DNA from: the human T2T-CHM13v2.0 reference genome, Homo sapiens
Strand: one strand, 5' to 3'
NCBI RefSeq assembly: GCF_009914755.1
Contig: NC_060936.1
Length of the DNA: 64,000 nucleotides
A program made the translations under genes and the position numbers. A model generated the notes under the pieces. The model was not told the origin of the DNA, searched no databases, and saw nothing but the letters and a program-made list of their open reading frames with translations. Below, piece after piece: positions 35,302-48,830 of the stretch (position 1 is the first letter of the stretch; the number at the start of each line of letters is the position of its first letter).

Positions 35302-35947
35302 TGTTTTTTTAAGAAATGTTTTTGTGCATTTTATGGTCTAATATACCCACATACCCAGTGGATTATTACTAAGATATTTGAAGGTAGGCAGTGTCTTTGT
35401 CAAGCTTATAAATAAATATGTCTTTGGCTAAGCCGTGATCTTATTTTTTTATTCTAGGGGGTAAAAGAGGATACCTATTTGTGTTGGAATTTGGCTGACT
35501 GTATATGACTCCAGGTTGAGAATGAGGGTGCAGTGTCTGTTGAATGTGTCACTAATTGCAGTGTAATTAAGAAAGTATAGCTCCTTGTCTCAGTATTTAG
35601 ACCACTAGAACATTTGTTTAGAAATACCAGGGAAAATCACTCTGAAATTATATGCATATATAACCAATAAGAAACTCACATATTCTTTTTGAATGTAAAA
35701 AAGGAACATATGACTCTTTTGTCTGTGTGGGGTAGCAGAGTAGCAGTTTGGATACAGCAGAGCTGTGTGCACATTGTGAATTGCCTTGAAGATGTAAGGG
35801 TTGATTTCTGTCTTCCTCTCCCTCTCAGAAAATAAAATTCCCCCAAAGTAAGGTAATAGCAACATTCTGTAAGGTTAATCTCAACAATAGTGGTCTTTTC
35901 CCAAATTCAAATTTGATGCAAAAAATTCAGTATCTTGGTCTCTCTCT

Positions 35948-36829
35948 GACACTAAAAGAAGCAGACTGCAGAGGTTGACAGACTTCCAGCAGTTCCAACA
36001 GAAGGGATACTGGATCCCTGATCCCCTTTCTCTCTTTCTCTCCATAAAGTCCTGTGGAAGATCTCATACAGCTACTTTTGTAAGTGGTAGTACTATTAGC
36101 AGCAGATGTTAAAAATATAGATTAGTCTTTTGGCATTATTTTATTTTATTGTATGTTAGAAGCAAGCATAGAATGGCCACATTAGCACCAGTAACCACAG
36201 ACCCCACGTTTTGAGTTGGAAAGTGAGGGAGGAGAGGTTTTGTATGGCTGGGGGCAGGAAGAGTGGGGAAGAGGCAGGGGGCTAGTTTGGTTAGAGTGTT
36301 AAGAGGGATACATCTGTTCTTAAATTGTTAGTCCTCACTTCCTTTGGATGTGGAGATGTTACACAGAGGATTAGTTCTTTTACAAATATCTGTAAGGAAG
36401 TAAGAGAGCAGAGAACAAGAAACAGGTTGTGGAGCAAAAGGAATGGGCACAGTAGCTGGTGAGTAAGTGGCAGTCTTTCCATAGAGTAGAGAGAGAGCCA
36501 AGTTTCCATGGCTTACCCATATTGTCACAAGACCCTGTAGTGGGTAGGGTGGAGGTCATTGTCTGAAGGTGAATCTTGCTGATTTGCAGCCTGGATTCTT
36601 GCTTTATAGGGTAATAGACTGGAAGAACTGCTGAGCCCACATTAGCTGGAAGATAAACCATGTGCCTGCCATTTTTCCTTACATCTTTCTGTCTAGCAGA
36701 AGCAAGTTAGTCAAGATTAAGTGATCCTTGTGGTGTGAGCTCTCGGGGCTATGAGACATTAAAAGAAGCAGAGTGCAGAGGTTGACAGACTTCCTACAGA
36801 GGGGATATCGGATTCCTGATCCCTTTTCC
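35948..36829 (+). repeat. Dispersed ~80-bp direct repeat pair (35948-36031 and 36755-36829)
   Basis: Both copies read GACA(C/T)TAAAAGAAGCAGA(C/G)TGCAGAGGTTGACAGACTTCC...GGGATA..GGAT(C/T)CCTGATCCCCTTT. Confidence 0.9.
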
Positions 36830-37516
36830 TCTAGAATCTGATGCGGGAGGGACCATGAGGAAACGGGAGGAAAGGGCTCTGAGGGACTGAAAGGGTGGTT
36901 AGGGCTGAGCTTCTTTACCATCTCTCTGCAGCATGAGAAGGAAGATGGATTAGTCACTAACTGTCTGACAGGAGATAGCCCCTGGGGATAGTCATGTACT
37001 GGCTTTGAGTAGATGCCAGGGATTACTAACTAATTCATGAAATGCTTTGTGTCATTTTGTTTGATCTTCATGATTTCCCTATGAAGTAACTGAAGCGCTA
37101 TTTTACAAATGAAGGAGCTGCAGGTTGGAGGTTTTTTAATTAATTAAATCTCATATAGCTAGTTAATGCCAGGGGTCCACAATTTTCTGACTCCTGTGCT
37201 CTTTCTTTTCTGCCTCATCATATTTGCGTAGTGGGAAGAGAAGAAAGAGTAAGATGGAGGGAGAGATTTTAGCAAAAGGCACAAAAGTATGATTCTATGT
37301 AATTCTGTTTTTACCAATAGGAATATTAAATATAAAAATGTTCATATTAACACCACAGGGATTTATCAGAGGTAAAGTCTGTTATATAGGATGAAGGAGG
37401 TCAGTATGAGTGAGACTTTGGAACCTTCATCCCACCATTAGCCAGGTTGAAACAAAGTTTGAAACCACTCTTTTAGGGCATTTCCTATAAATTTGTTTAC
37501 TCTTTCCTTTTCCTAA

Positions 37517-37825
<309 letters not shown>

Positions 37826-38017
37826 AAAAATATATTTTTCATCAGTCTTTAAAGAACTCAGAATATAAGACATTATACATTTTGAGATGTTTGCCTTTTT
37901 AAAAATGAATTGTTTTTCCCATTATAAAACAGTGTGATAAGACACAGTTGTTAGGGGTCAGTGTTGGTAAATTGACAACTAAAATCACAAAGATGTTTGA
38001 TAATACCTCTCTGCCAG

Positions 38018-38189
38018 GTATGGGAAGGTCGGTGGCGAGTGATCCCTCATGATGTACTACCAGACTGGCTCAAGGATAATGACTTCCTCTTGCATGGACA
38101 CCGGCCTCCTATGCCTTCTTTCCGGGCCTGTTTTAAGAGCATTTTCAGAATACACACAGAAACAGGCAACATTTGGACACATCTCTTAG
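38018..38189 (+). CDS. ADIPOR2: ADIPOR2 exon 4 (172 nt)
   Basis: gccAG|GTATGG...CTCTTAG|GTATGT; encodes VWEGRWRVIPHDVLPDWLKDNDFLLHGHRPP...HTETGNIWTHLL (PAQR ExxxNxxxH motif). Confidence 0.97.
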
Positions 38190-38629
38190 GTATGTAATGT
38201 CAGTGATGTAATGAGCTGGTGATTCACTTTCTTCCTTTTTATTTTCATGTATTTGAGGGTAAGCACAGAACTTCAGAAATGTATTTGGATTTGCCATTTT
38301 GTTTTCTGAATTTCTAATGATGAATTTTCTGACTGGTTTACTCGTAGTTTATCCTGGTTTGCACTATGATTTTGTTATAACTTAAGTTATATTTCTTTCT
38401 ACTAGATTTTCAGATCTTGTCCTCAAACCAGGCCAAGTAAAAGTTGCTATACAAAATGTGGTTTCATATTGTAGTGACCACTGAGAAGAAAGTATTATTT
38501 AATAGAAGTAATCTGATCTTTTAAAATGCATTACTTATATGCCCTGCTAATTTTCAGTTTGGCCTGAAGTAGAATATGGACTGTAATTTTTTCTCCATAA
38601 TGATTGTATATTAAAGAAAGAATACTGTA

Positions 38630-39785
38630 GAGGAAAGAATAGTCTTTCCAACAAATGGTGCTGGGATAACTGAGCCATATGTAAAAGAATGATCCCGAAC
38701 TCACATATGCAAAAGTGAACCCAAAATGGATCAAAGACCCAAACATAAGAGCAAAAACTATAAAATCCTTAGGAGAAAACATATATAAATCCTTGTAAGT
38801 TTGGATTAGGTGACTGTTTCTGAGAATTGCCACCAAAGAAAAAATAGATAAATTGGACTTCATCAAAATTAAAAACGTTGGTATATCAAAGTGCATTATC
38901 AAGAAAGTGAAAAGACAACCCATAGAGAAGAGAATATTTACAAATCAGCTAGTTGGTAAGGATCTAATAAATAACTCCTACAACTCAACAATAAAGACAA
39001 CCGATTTTAAAAATGGGTAAAACATCTGAATAGATGTTCTTCCAGAGAAGATCTAAAATGGCCAATAAGCACATGAAAAGATGTTTGTCTTCGTTAGGCA
39101 TTTAGGAAAACGCAAATCAAATGCTTTGAGAAATGCAGTGAGAAATCTCAACACTTCACACCCACTAAGATGGCTATAATCAAGAAAATGAAAAATAACA
39201 AGTCTTGGCAAGGATGTGGGGAAATTGGAACTTTCATACGTTGCCAGTAGGAATGTGAAATGGGGCAGTCCCCATGGAAAAGTCTGGCAGTTCCTCAAAA
39301 AGTTACATAGAGTTACCAGAAATCAACTCCTAGTATATTACCCAAGATGACTGAAAACATGTTCACATAAAAACATGAACACAGAAGTTTGCAGCAACAT
39401 TATTCATAATAGCTAAAAAGTAGAAGCAACCCAGATGTCTATCGACTGGTAATGGAGAAACAAAATATGGTGTATTCATACACTGGAGTATTATTTAGCT
39501 GCAAAAAGGGATGAAGCACTGATACATGCCACAGCATGGGTGAGCCTTGAAAACATTTGCTAAGTGAAAGAAGCCAGACACAGAAGGTCACATGTCGTTT
39601 GATTCTACATGCATGAAATGTCCAGAACAGGAAAATCCATAAAGACAGTAGATTAGTGGTTGTTTAGGGCTGTAAGGAGTGGGGAATGGGGGATGACAGC
39701 AGATACAGTACTTCTGTTTGGGGTGATGAAAATATTTTGGAATTAGTTAGTGGTGATGGTTGTACAACCTTGTGAATATACTAGT
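38630..39785 (+). mobile_element. L1M ORF2 end and 3' UTR fragment
   Basis: AATAGTCTTTCCAACAAATGGTGCTGGGA, GCAGCAACATTATTCATAATAGC, GTGATGGTTGTACAAC. Confidence 0.8.
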
Positions 39786-40614
39786 TTCTGGCCTTACTCC
39801 ATTTGATTTGCATTTCTTATCACACATTTGATTTCCATGGTGCCTCTAAGTTCCTGCCTGCTAGTATAGTGAGAGGAGAGTAGAGGGTCAAATCAAGTTT
39901 GTTGCTGACTTCTAATTCAAGGGTAATTTTTAATTAAAATGATAAAACAATTACTTAGCAAACGTTGAAGTTGAAATTTCTGTGCCTGCCTTGTGTTAGG
40001 TGGCCCCTCCCTAAGCAATAGGAACATGGCATCTTTCTGTGTAGAACAGTGTAAGAATTGGTTAGGAAATGGCCTGAGTAGGCATTTTGTCCTTAACTCT
40101 TGAATCTCCTGAACCAGCTGATGAGGGCCAGAGAAACAGCATGACACTCCCTGACAGCTATTGGTAGAGGAAAGCTGTATTTCTTGGCAGGGTTTAGGGG
40201 TATTGGAATTCATTGTAAAAACAAAAGCAAAAGCACAATGGACCTTTGAAAGCTGGACTATGAGGTATGTGCCAAAAACTGTATAAATGAAACTATTCTA
40301 CATCTAGAGGTAGAAGTGGCTTCATTATATCTTCTAAGAAGTAGCAGCAGTGTCTGATTTCTTTTTAGATTATGCCCTTAGATAAGTTTTTATATTCTGT
40401 ATATTCAGTTTATGAAGCTGAAGTATTTCTGATACCAACAATGTTGGAAGTAAACCACAATTTTGGATAGGCTTCAGTTATTTGGAAGATTTTTCTCATT
40501 GAACTTTTGATTCAGATATTGTTGTAATGCAGAAGGATTGAAAACAGAATCAGTTATAATACTGTCTCTTCTAAAGGGTGATATTTTATCTATTTTCTGT
40601 GCTCTTTTTCCTAG

Positions 40615-40801
40615 GTTGTGTATTCTTCCTGTGCCTGGGGATCTTTTATATGTTTCGCCCAAATATCTCCTTTGTGGCCCCTCTGCAAGAGAAGGTGGTC
40701 TTTGGATTATTTTTCTTAGGAGCCATTCTCTGCCTTTCTTTTTCATGGCTCTTCCACACAGTCTACTGCCACTCAGAGGGGGTCTCTCGGCTCTTCTCTA
40801 A
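40615..40801 (+). CDS. ADIPOR2: ADIPOR2 exon 5 (187 nt)
   Basis: cctAG|GTTGTG...TCTAA|GTAAGT; hydrophobic helices and the SxxxH motif (S198-WLF-H202). Confidence 0.97.
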
Positions 40802-41052
40802 GTAAGTATCTGTAAAGTCCATATTTTGGCCAATGATTTAGAGGTAGTGCGTTAGGGAAAAACATTCAGCAGAGTTGGCAGAATTCTTAATATCATCTCA
40901 TGCAAACTTTTTTTTTTAAAAAAATTAAAGAGCAACCCAGTTTGGCTCTTAGGTGTCGTTGATGGCTTATGTCATGAGGGATTAATTGGAACCTGTAGTG
41001 GCCAGTAGTTTTTAAATTACTGCATTAAATGGATTTTTTTTTTCTGTCATAG

Positions 41053-41240
41053 ACTGGATTACTCTGGTATTGCTCTTCTGATTATGGGAAGTTTTGTTCC
41101 TTGGCTTTATTATTCTTTCTACTGTAATCCACAACCTTGCTTCATCTACTTGATTGTCATCTGTGTGCTGGGCATTGCAGCCATTATAGTCTCCCAGTGG
41201 GACATGTTTGCCACCCCTCAGTATCGGGGAGTAAGAGCAG
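41053..41240 (+). CDS. ADIPOR2: ADIPOR2 exon 6 (188 nt)
   Basis: catAG|ACTGGAT...GAGCAG|GTAAGA; encodes LDYSGIALLIMGSFVPWLYYSFYC...QYRGVRA, including D219. Confidence 0.97.
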
Positions 41241-43095
41241 GTAAGAGCACGGGGAGGTTCTACATTCGACATTCATTTATTCACTAGTTAAATTCACTAT
41301 TTATTAAAGTTCTACCATTTGCCAAACATTATGCTGTGTATTTGTGATGCCAAGATGAAGAAATCATAGTTCCTATTGTTGGGGGTTTTTTTATGTAGTA
41401 GTCGTAGTAGTTGTTGTTGTTAGTAGTGTTTATTAATTGTCTTAAAGCATTAGGGTTGAGGGGTCATGGTGAGTATGAGGTGATATAATTTGGGACTGTT
41501 ACTTACTTGAATTTATGGCTAAACACCATCCAGAAAGCGGTAGTCTATAACTTTTGTAAACAATGATTTCTCTTACTCATTGTGGAGTGTACTTTTTGTA
41601 GTGATTCTTTTTTTGTTGTCATTTTCTGTTTTGTTTTATATTTTTATTTTATAATGGATAATCTGCTTAAGGCTTCACCCCCATGCTGATTATGTTTTGT
41701 TAAAGTGGGCACCATATCTCCCTTCTGATGTAGGGATAAAGGGGCTTTTTATATTTAGGATAATGCCTGTTTAGCTGGAGATCATAGAGAAAGCCACAAG
41801 CCCCTCAGTGCCTTGGCTGAGTCTTCTTGTAGGACATGGAATTAGCAGAGATGTTCTTGTCTCCTACTCAGTGTCAAGCTCAGTGCCCACTGAGAATGAA
41901 CAAGGAGTGTTTTTCCTTTCGTCCTTAAACCCCCAAAACCATTTAGTATTAAAATCTAAACCCTGGATCATCCGGGGGTACCTGGAAGGTTAGACACAGA
42001 AGTAACCTCATGTCAGTGACCACTGTTAAAACACTCTGCCGTCCTCCTTTTTGTGTTCATATGAGCAAATGAGCATTGGTCAGGGTCAGCTTTCAACAGT
42101 ACTTGAGTAGTACAGTGGTGTTAAGCCTGCTTGAGCACATGAGATAAGAATGTCTTTGCTGAGTACAGCTGAGCATTCTGTTATTTACATACATCAGAAG
42201 AACCAAATTCCTGAGCCTTTGACTTAGAGAATGATAGGCAGAAACCATTAGCAGCCTTTGCTTAGCATGTAGAGGAAAAGAAAAAGTGAATAGTGCAAAA
42301 GTCTAGCAAATCTTTCCTTAGAGGAGCAGAGGTAGGAAATAGTTTTTCTTTAGGTCTGCTTGGTTCTTACCTGTTGTGAGAGCAGCATTGCCATTTTCCT
42401 CTTCTCTTTTAGATGTCCATTTTATTTGTGAGTATGCATCCCATAGCTGTGCTTACATATATTGCTGTATACCAGCAGTTTATTTGGTAATGTCCAAAGC
42501 AAGTAATAGGTTCTTTATCTGTTGAGAAAGCTTACCAAATGACAGCTTGTTTTGCAAGGGTCATTGTTAACTCTGTGTCAAAATGTAGGAGCAGTTACTG
42601 GCAGAGGCAGGGAGCTCCTGTGTTGCTTTGGCTGATACACGGGTTTCAAAGTGGATTTAGATCAGTGGACTTCACATTTTTTTTTCCATCATGACATTTT
42701 CTATTACAGTCCTGAACACGTGTATCTATACATAAGTTCATGTATATATAAATTACAAAACTTTAACAAAATAGTATTTAATCCTCCACGTATGTTACAG
42801 TCTGATATTTTAAATTTTATTCTAGTTCATTTAAAAAAATGCTGGTTGAGACTCATTTAATTGATCTTAGAACTTAGGTCATATCCAGAAGTTTAAAAAA
42901 ACATTAGATGCTTCTGGAGGCAGTAAGGCAGTAGGGCTGTGGCTGAGTGATTTGCTAGACTTTTGTACTTGATTGCTATTTAGGGGTCTGGGAGCTTATA
43001 GTATTCTCTCCCATCCCCCACCCCCATTAGGTCATTTGTTAAAGGCATTTAACAATTTTTAAGTGCCCAGTTATAGGTTATAGATTTAGATTAAA

Positions 43096-43824
43096 TTTTT
43101 TCTTCTTTTTTCTTTTCTTTTCTTTTTCTTTCTTTCTTTCTTTTTTTTTTTTTTTTTTTTTTTTTTTGAGATGGAGTCTTGCTTTGTAGCCCAGGCTGGA
43201 GTGCAGTGGTGCCATCTTGGCTCCTGACCTCAAGTGATCTGCCTGCCTCGGCCTCCCAAAGTGCTGGGATTACAGGTGTGAGCTGAGCCACTGCGCCCAG
43301 CCTTAGATTCCTATTAAAAATAGGTGATGCCAGGTGATGTGATCATTCATCGCCTCTCCACCCCAACAACGCCTGCTGCTTCAAAGAGAAGATGGGATAC
43401 GTAAAATTGCTTGTATTGTAACCTGTGTCTGTAGAAGGACAGGCTAGGACAGTTTAAATAAACTCCTGGAGCTGTCCTTTCCGAAAACATTTAGCAACAT
43501 TAATTCAAAACCCTTGAAGACTGCTGACTTACTAAGCTAAGCCTCTCTTAGTGAGGCTCATTGCTTTTTTTTTTTTTTTTTGAGACGGAGTTTCACTCCT
43601 GTTGCCCAAGCTGGGGTGCAATGGCGTGATCTCGGCTCACTGCAGCCTCTGCCCCCGGCTTCAGGTGATTCTCCTGCCTCAGCCTCCCGAGTAGCTGGGA
43701 TTACAGGAGTGCGCTACCACGCCTGGCTACTTTTTGGATGTTTAGTAGAAATGGGGTTTCACCCTGTTAGCCAGGCTGGTCCCAAAGTGCTGGGATTACA
43801 GGTGTGAGCCACTGCACCCGGCTG
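43096..43824 (-). mobile_element. Two internally deleted antisense Alus (43096-43302; 43565-43824)
   Basis: The first joins the right-arm end directly to the left arm (CTTGGCTC|CTGACCTC). Confidence 0.88.
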
Positions 43825-44044
43825 GCTCCTTGCATTTGTAAATCTTTAGAACATAGCTGTGTTGTCTTGTGTGACAGTGTCCCAGAGTTTGAAGAACCTT
43901 CTTTTTCCTTTAAAACTGGAAGCTAATTTTATATGCTACTTTGAAATATTCAGTTTACAGAGTTAATGGTGCTGTGCTGTAATACTGACTTCTGGCTCTT
44001 TGTTTCTCTTCTGCATTACTTTACTCTCTTCTTGTGACTCCTAG

Positions 44045-44238
44045 GAGTGTTTTTGGGCCTAGGCCTGAGTGGAATCATTCCTACCTTGCACTATGTCATC
44101 TCGGAGGGGTTCCTTAAGGCCGCCACCATAGGGCAGATAGGCTGGTTGATGCTGATGGCCAGCCTCTACATCACAGGAGCTGCCCTGTATGCTGCCCGGA
44201 TCCCCGAACGCTTTTTCCCTGGCAAATGTGACATCTGG
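44045..44238 (+). CDS. ADIPOR2: ADIPOR2 exon 7 (194 nt)
   Basis: cctAG|GAGTGT...ATCTGG|GTAAGT; encodes VFLGLGLSGIIPTLHY...RIPERFFPGKCDIW. Confidence 0.97.
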
Positions 44239-46076
44239 GTAAGTATGTCGGGGTGACTGAGTGTGTAGGTATCTGCTCATGAGTTATTGGCATCCTGCAG
44301 AGTGATGCAATAGAAAAAGTTTTAGACACAAAGTCAGGAGAGTTGTATCCTGGTCCTAACTCCCTATTGAGCTTTCTCTGGACAATAAGTACAATAATAA
44401 CTAACATTTAGTGAGCACTTCCTTGGTGCTCAGCATGGTACAGAGTGCTTTGCACGGATTACCTCATTACATACATTAGCCCTATGTGGTATGATAACTC
44501 TTGTTAATGTCTTCATTTTACAAAGCAGGAGACTAAGGCTTAGGGAGGTGAGGCCACTTGTCCAAGCCATGTGGCTATTTAAGTGGTAGAACAGGAATTT
44601 GAATTAGGCTAGTTTTAATATCAGAATCTGTGCTCTTTTTGACAATGGCAAGTCATTTTGCCATTCTTTGTCTCAGTTTCCTTATTTATGAAATGAGGAT
44701 GATAGACCAGATTTTCACCAGAGCCCTTTTTAGGACCAGATTTCTATCAGGGTCTTTTTTTATACCGAAATTTAGTGATTTGTAATGGGAGACTGAGTGT
44801 ATGTATGTCTGGTGGAAGAAGAGGGATTGTGAAGAAGAGGGAACTGGATTGAACTGGATTGTGGTCATTGGTAAGAGAGGAGGAAAGAGAAGAGGGAAAA
44901 GAAAATATAAGGACTGATATAGATAGAAAAACTTATAACCAAAGAGGGCCTGAAATATTTTCAACAAGACAACATTGGAAATACGCTTAATGTGAAATCT
45001 GACCTTTGTAATTCTGTTCCTCAGCCTATTGCTGATTATTATAGACTAACCTGATGATCTCATCTCTTTAAAGTTTAGTTTAGCTATCTGTAAAATGAAG
45101 ATGATCTTGAACTTAAGCAATCTTTCTAGCTTCAAATTAGCTAATTTATCTTTCTGATTCATCATCATCATTTTAACATTGGTATGGAGGGGTTTTTGCC
45201 CTTTATCCCCTTTCTTTGGGGGAAATTAATCCCCTTTGGTTTCCTAGGAAACATCTCTTGGGATGTGACTTGATTTCTTCTAGTTTTTGCTTCTAAAATC
45301 AGTGTTTTTCTCTTGATAAATACTGCTTTGCCACTGTACTTTTTCATTTTGAGATTATAATGACAGAATAGTGTAATTTTTGAAGTGCAGCGAGCAATTG
45401 ATTACCCTTCTTGAGATGTGGAATAGCATTCAACAGAACAGGTAAAATCAGAAATAATGTCACTTGCTTGTAGACCAGCTTCTGACTTGAGAAGTAAAAG
45501 GGCCTGTTTGCTTAGTTTTTGACACATTATGTAGTTCATGAAATTTGAGAATCGTAGCACTGAAGGAAACTCTGGGGACCATATGTTGTGACATTCCACA
45601 CACCATCCTGGAAGCCTCTTTAGTTTTTCTAACAGAGAGCAACATTTAAATGACCATAGCTCTAGTCCTCTTGTCCATGACAAAATGTCCATCAGCAGTG
45701 AGTAGGAAAAGGACTGTATGTGTAATCATAGCCCATGGCTAGGTGTCAAGGGATCCTTGGGACCTTTGTGGCCTGTTAGCAAGAGAGTCTGTGTGTCATT
45801 TGCCACTGGTTTCAGTGTTAAGTTTGTAGATTTTTATGTGTAGAGCTTAGTGGCAGCACCTTGGTTTCTTTGGGAACAGCTGGCTTTCAGCTCAGCAGAA
45901 TGTGTTACACCTAATGGATGTTCCAGGATCTGTGGACGCCTTGAATTTGAGCTCTGTCACATCCATTCCCTGCCTTCTGCTCAGCATAAACCAGGATTAA
46001 ACGATCCTAAGAATCTTTAGCAGTCTTAATAATGTATGGGTTTCTCTACCCCCTTCTCTTCTTTTTTCCCCTCCAG

Positions 46077-46205
46077 TTTCACTCTCATCAGCTGTTTCAT
46101 ATCTTTGTGGTTGCTGGAGCTTTTGTTCACTTCCATGGTGTCTCAAACCTCCAGGAGTTTCGTTTCATGATCGGCGGGGGCTGCAGTGAAGAGGATGCAC
46201 TGTGA
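46077..46205 (+). CDS. ADIPOR2: ADIPOR2 exon 8 coding part (129 nt, TGA at 46203-46205)
   Basis: Long pyrimidine tract, ccAG|TTTCAC; encodes FHSHQLFH (HxxxH, H348/H352)...CSEEDAL*. Exons sum to 171+120+172+187+188+194+129 = 1161 nt = 386 aa + stop. Confidence 0.97.
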   Translation, partial: FHSHQLFHIFVVAGAFVHFHGVSNLQEFRFMIGGGCSEEDAL

Positions 46206-48812
46206 TACCTACCAGTCTCCAGGGACTATCACCCTAAACCAGGGCCTGCGGCACTTGCGGGCCTCCCTGCTGGCTACTGATGCCAGTACCAGAGGAGCCC
46301 CAAAACTTTGACAGCCTCGTGGGCTTTGTGACGGCCCAGGGGCTCTGCGTGGTACATGACTGAGAAGAGAAAAACAAAAATAAATCATACCTCAAAGGAT
46401 GGAGTGCATCAATTGGGAGAAAAGGAGACATAGCCCAAACCCTGGCTTATTCTTGGGATCTACTGATTGCGGGCTCTGCAAGACCCTTGGCAAACTGGCT
46501 TCTGATCCATATCATATTTATTTGTAGAAGATGGCGAAACAGTTTAGCTGGTGGTTCTTTCTTCTCCCTTTCTCTCTCTCTATGACAATAATACAAACCA
46601 ATTTAAGTGAACATTTATATCCGATAAGGGGTGGGAGTGTGATTTTAAATGCTCTTTTGGGAGAACAAAGAAATTAATGTAAATAAGATTTCTAACTGTT
46701 TAAATAAGACTTTATATAAATGTTTAAAACATAGGGGTAAGGGAGGGAGGGAGAATTTTTGTATAGAATGAAACATGCAAGTACCACACACTGTTTGAAT
46801 TTTGCACAAAAAGTGACTGTAGGATCAGGTGATAGCCCCGGAATGTACAGTGTCTTGGTGCACCAAGATGCCTTCTAAAGGCTGACATACCTTGGACCCT
46901 AATGGGGCAGAGAGTATAGCCCTAGCCCAGTGGTGACATGACCACTCCCTTTGGGAGGCCTGAGGTAGAGGGGAGTGGTATGTGTTTTCTCAGTGGAAGC
47001 AGCACATGAGTGGGTGACAGGATGTTAGATAAAGGCTCTAGTTAGGGTGTCATTGTCATTTGAGAGACTGACACACTCCTAGCAGCTGGTAAAGGGGTGC
47101 TGGAGGCCATGGAGGAGCTCTAGAAACATTAGCATGGGCTGATCTGATTACTTCCTGGCATCCCGCTCACTTTTATGGGAAGTCTTATTAGAGGGATGGG
47201 ACAGTTTTCCATATCCTTGCTGTGGAGCTCTGGAACACTCTCTAAATTTCCCTCTATTAAAAATCACTGCCCTAACTACACTTCCTCCTTGAGGGAATAG
47301 AAATGGACCTTTCTCTGACATAGTTCTTGGCATGGGAGCCAGCCACAAATGAGATTCTGACGTGTCCAGGTTTCTCCTGAGCTCATCTACATAGATTGGT
47401 AGACCCTTCCTTTGGATTAGGAAAGATGAGTTTTACCTCTGGTACACTGTCTTGGTAAGCCTGGATGTGACAGACACCTCGGCTCTCCTTGAATAAGAAA
47501 GCCAGCAGAACTCTTAAAGCCAGTTGTAGTACGGAGTTGTCAGCACTCACTGAACCTCACTTTACAGGGATAAGAGTGGTGTGGCATTTTAAATACAATG
47601 GTATGTTATTGCCAGGGAGTGAGGTACAAGACGATGGCTCATGTCACAGGCCTACCTGATACGGTGTCAGAGAAAGTGGTGGGGAAAGGATCTGGTTCAT
47701 GGAATTCTGATCTTGGCCCATAGGTGAACCACCAAAATAGTGCTCGAGTCTTAGGTTACTGTCATCAAAGACTTGGGATGACTCCATTATATCCTGGGGT
47801 TGTGGGTATTAGAACTAAATATGGAGGTCCTGAGCATGGGGACTGGCGTCCTCAGTAGGTGTTTGGGAATATGGGAAGGGTCTCCTATTTATTCAATAGA
47901 GTTTTCTCAGTTATTTTCCTCCTTTGCCCTTGCAATCTCCAGCAAAAGGTGGGATCTAGGAAGAAAGAATCCAGTGTAGAAGTTGAGAAGAACTTGAACG
48001 TTTTGGTTCTGGATAAGGTCACTGTCCTAGGTGCTAGGTGGACCGAGCAAAAGACTCAGTGGATGAACTGGTGCAGTGCCTGACAGAATAAAGAACAGTA
48101 TTAATCCCTTTGAGAAAGCATAGTCCAGCAGGACAGTGGCCATTTGGACAGAAGCCCACTTAGTTTCTTGGGAGCAACAGCACGTATCAGAAGCCAGACT
48201 TGCTCTTCGGTCATGCACTTTGGGATACAGCGTATAGGTGCAGCCCTGTCACAACACCAACAGAAGTAGCAGCCTCTGGGTGCAGTCACCCACACCCCAA
48301 AGCTGGAAGGATCTGGTTCAACATAGCACAAACCCTTAGGAAAAATGAAATTAACATCACTGATGTGTAATCCAGTAAAATCTCCCTTTTTCGGGTGTGT
48401 ATGTGGGCATGTGCCCATTTCTATGTGTGTGTCTACGTGCAGCTCACTACCAACAGCCTCATGTGCACTTGACCTGACAGTGCTCGCTGAGAACTCTCAC
48501 CAGGTTGGCGCCTGAATGCCTTACTCTCAGCAGTCAGAGGCTTGCTTGCTCTGTGCAGATTTTTAATTTTCTTTTTTGGCCCTAGGCTGGTTGGGACCTC
48601 TACAGCTTCATTCTTTCACCATTAAATAGTGGCCTTTTTCAGTATTTTCCCTCTTCCCCTTTATAAATTATGCTAAAGCCACAAAGCACATTTTTGGGGA
48701 TCATAGAAGGTTGGGGTTCCAGAAAGGCATCTGTGTGATGGTTCCATTGATGTGGGATTTCCCTACTTGCTGTATTCTCAGTTTCTAATAAAAAGAACCA
48801 AATGAAATATGA
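46206..48812 (+). other. ADIPOR2: ADIPOR2 3' UTR (~2.6 kb; end approximate)
   Basis: Repeat-poor sequence from the stop codon to the AATAAA at 48787 with a GU/U-rich element downstream. Confidence 0.85.
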
Positions 48813-48830
48813 CCTGTCGTGTGTTTTTTT
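48787..48830 (+). terminator. ADIPOR2 main polyadenylation signal and downstream element
   Basis: AATAAA at 48787-48792, then GTCGTGTGTTTTTTT about 25 nt later. Confidence 0.85.

Noticed and set aside
38531-39298. Hydrophobic minus-strand ORFs
   Set aside because: Antisense readings of A-rich L1 sequence.
44042-44047. NAGNAG acceptor TAGGAG at ADIPOR2 exon 7 (and CAGGAG at the last CACNA2D4 exon)
   Set aside because: A distal GAG is rarely used as an acceptor; no further support.
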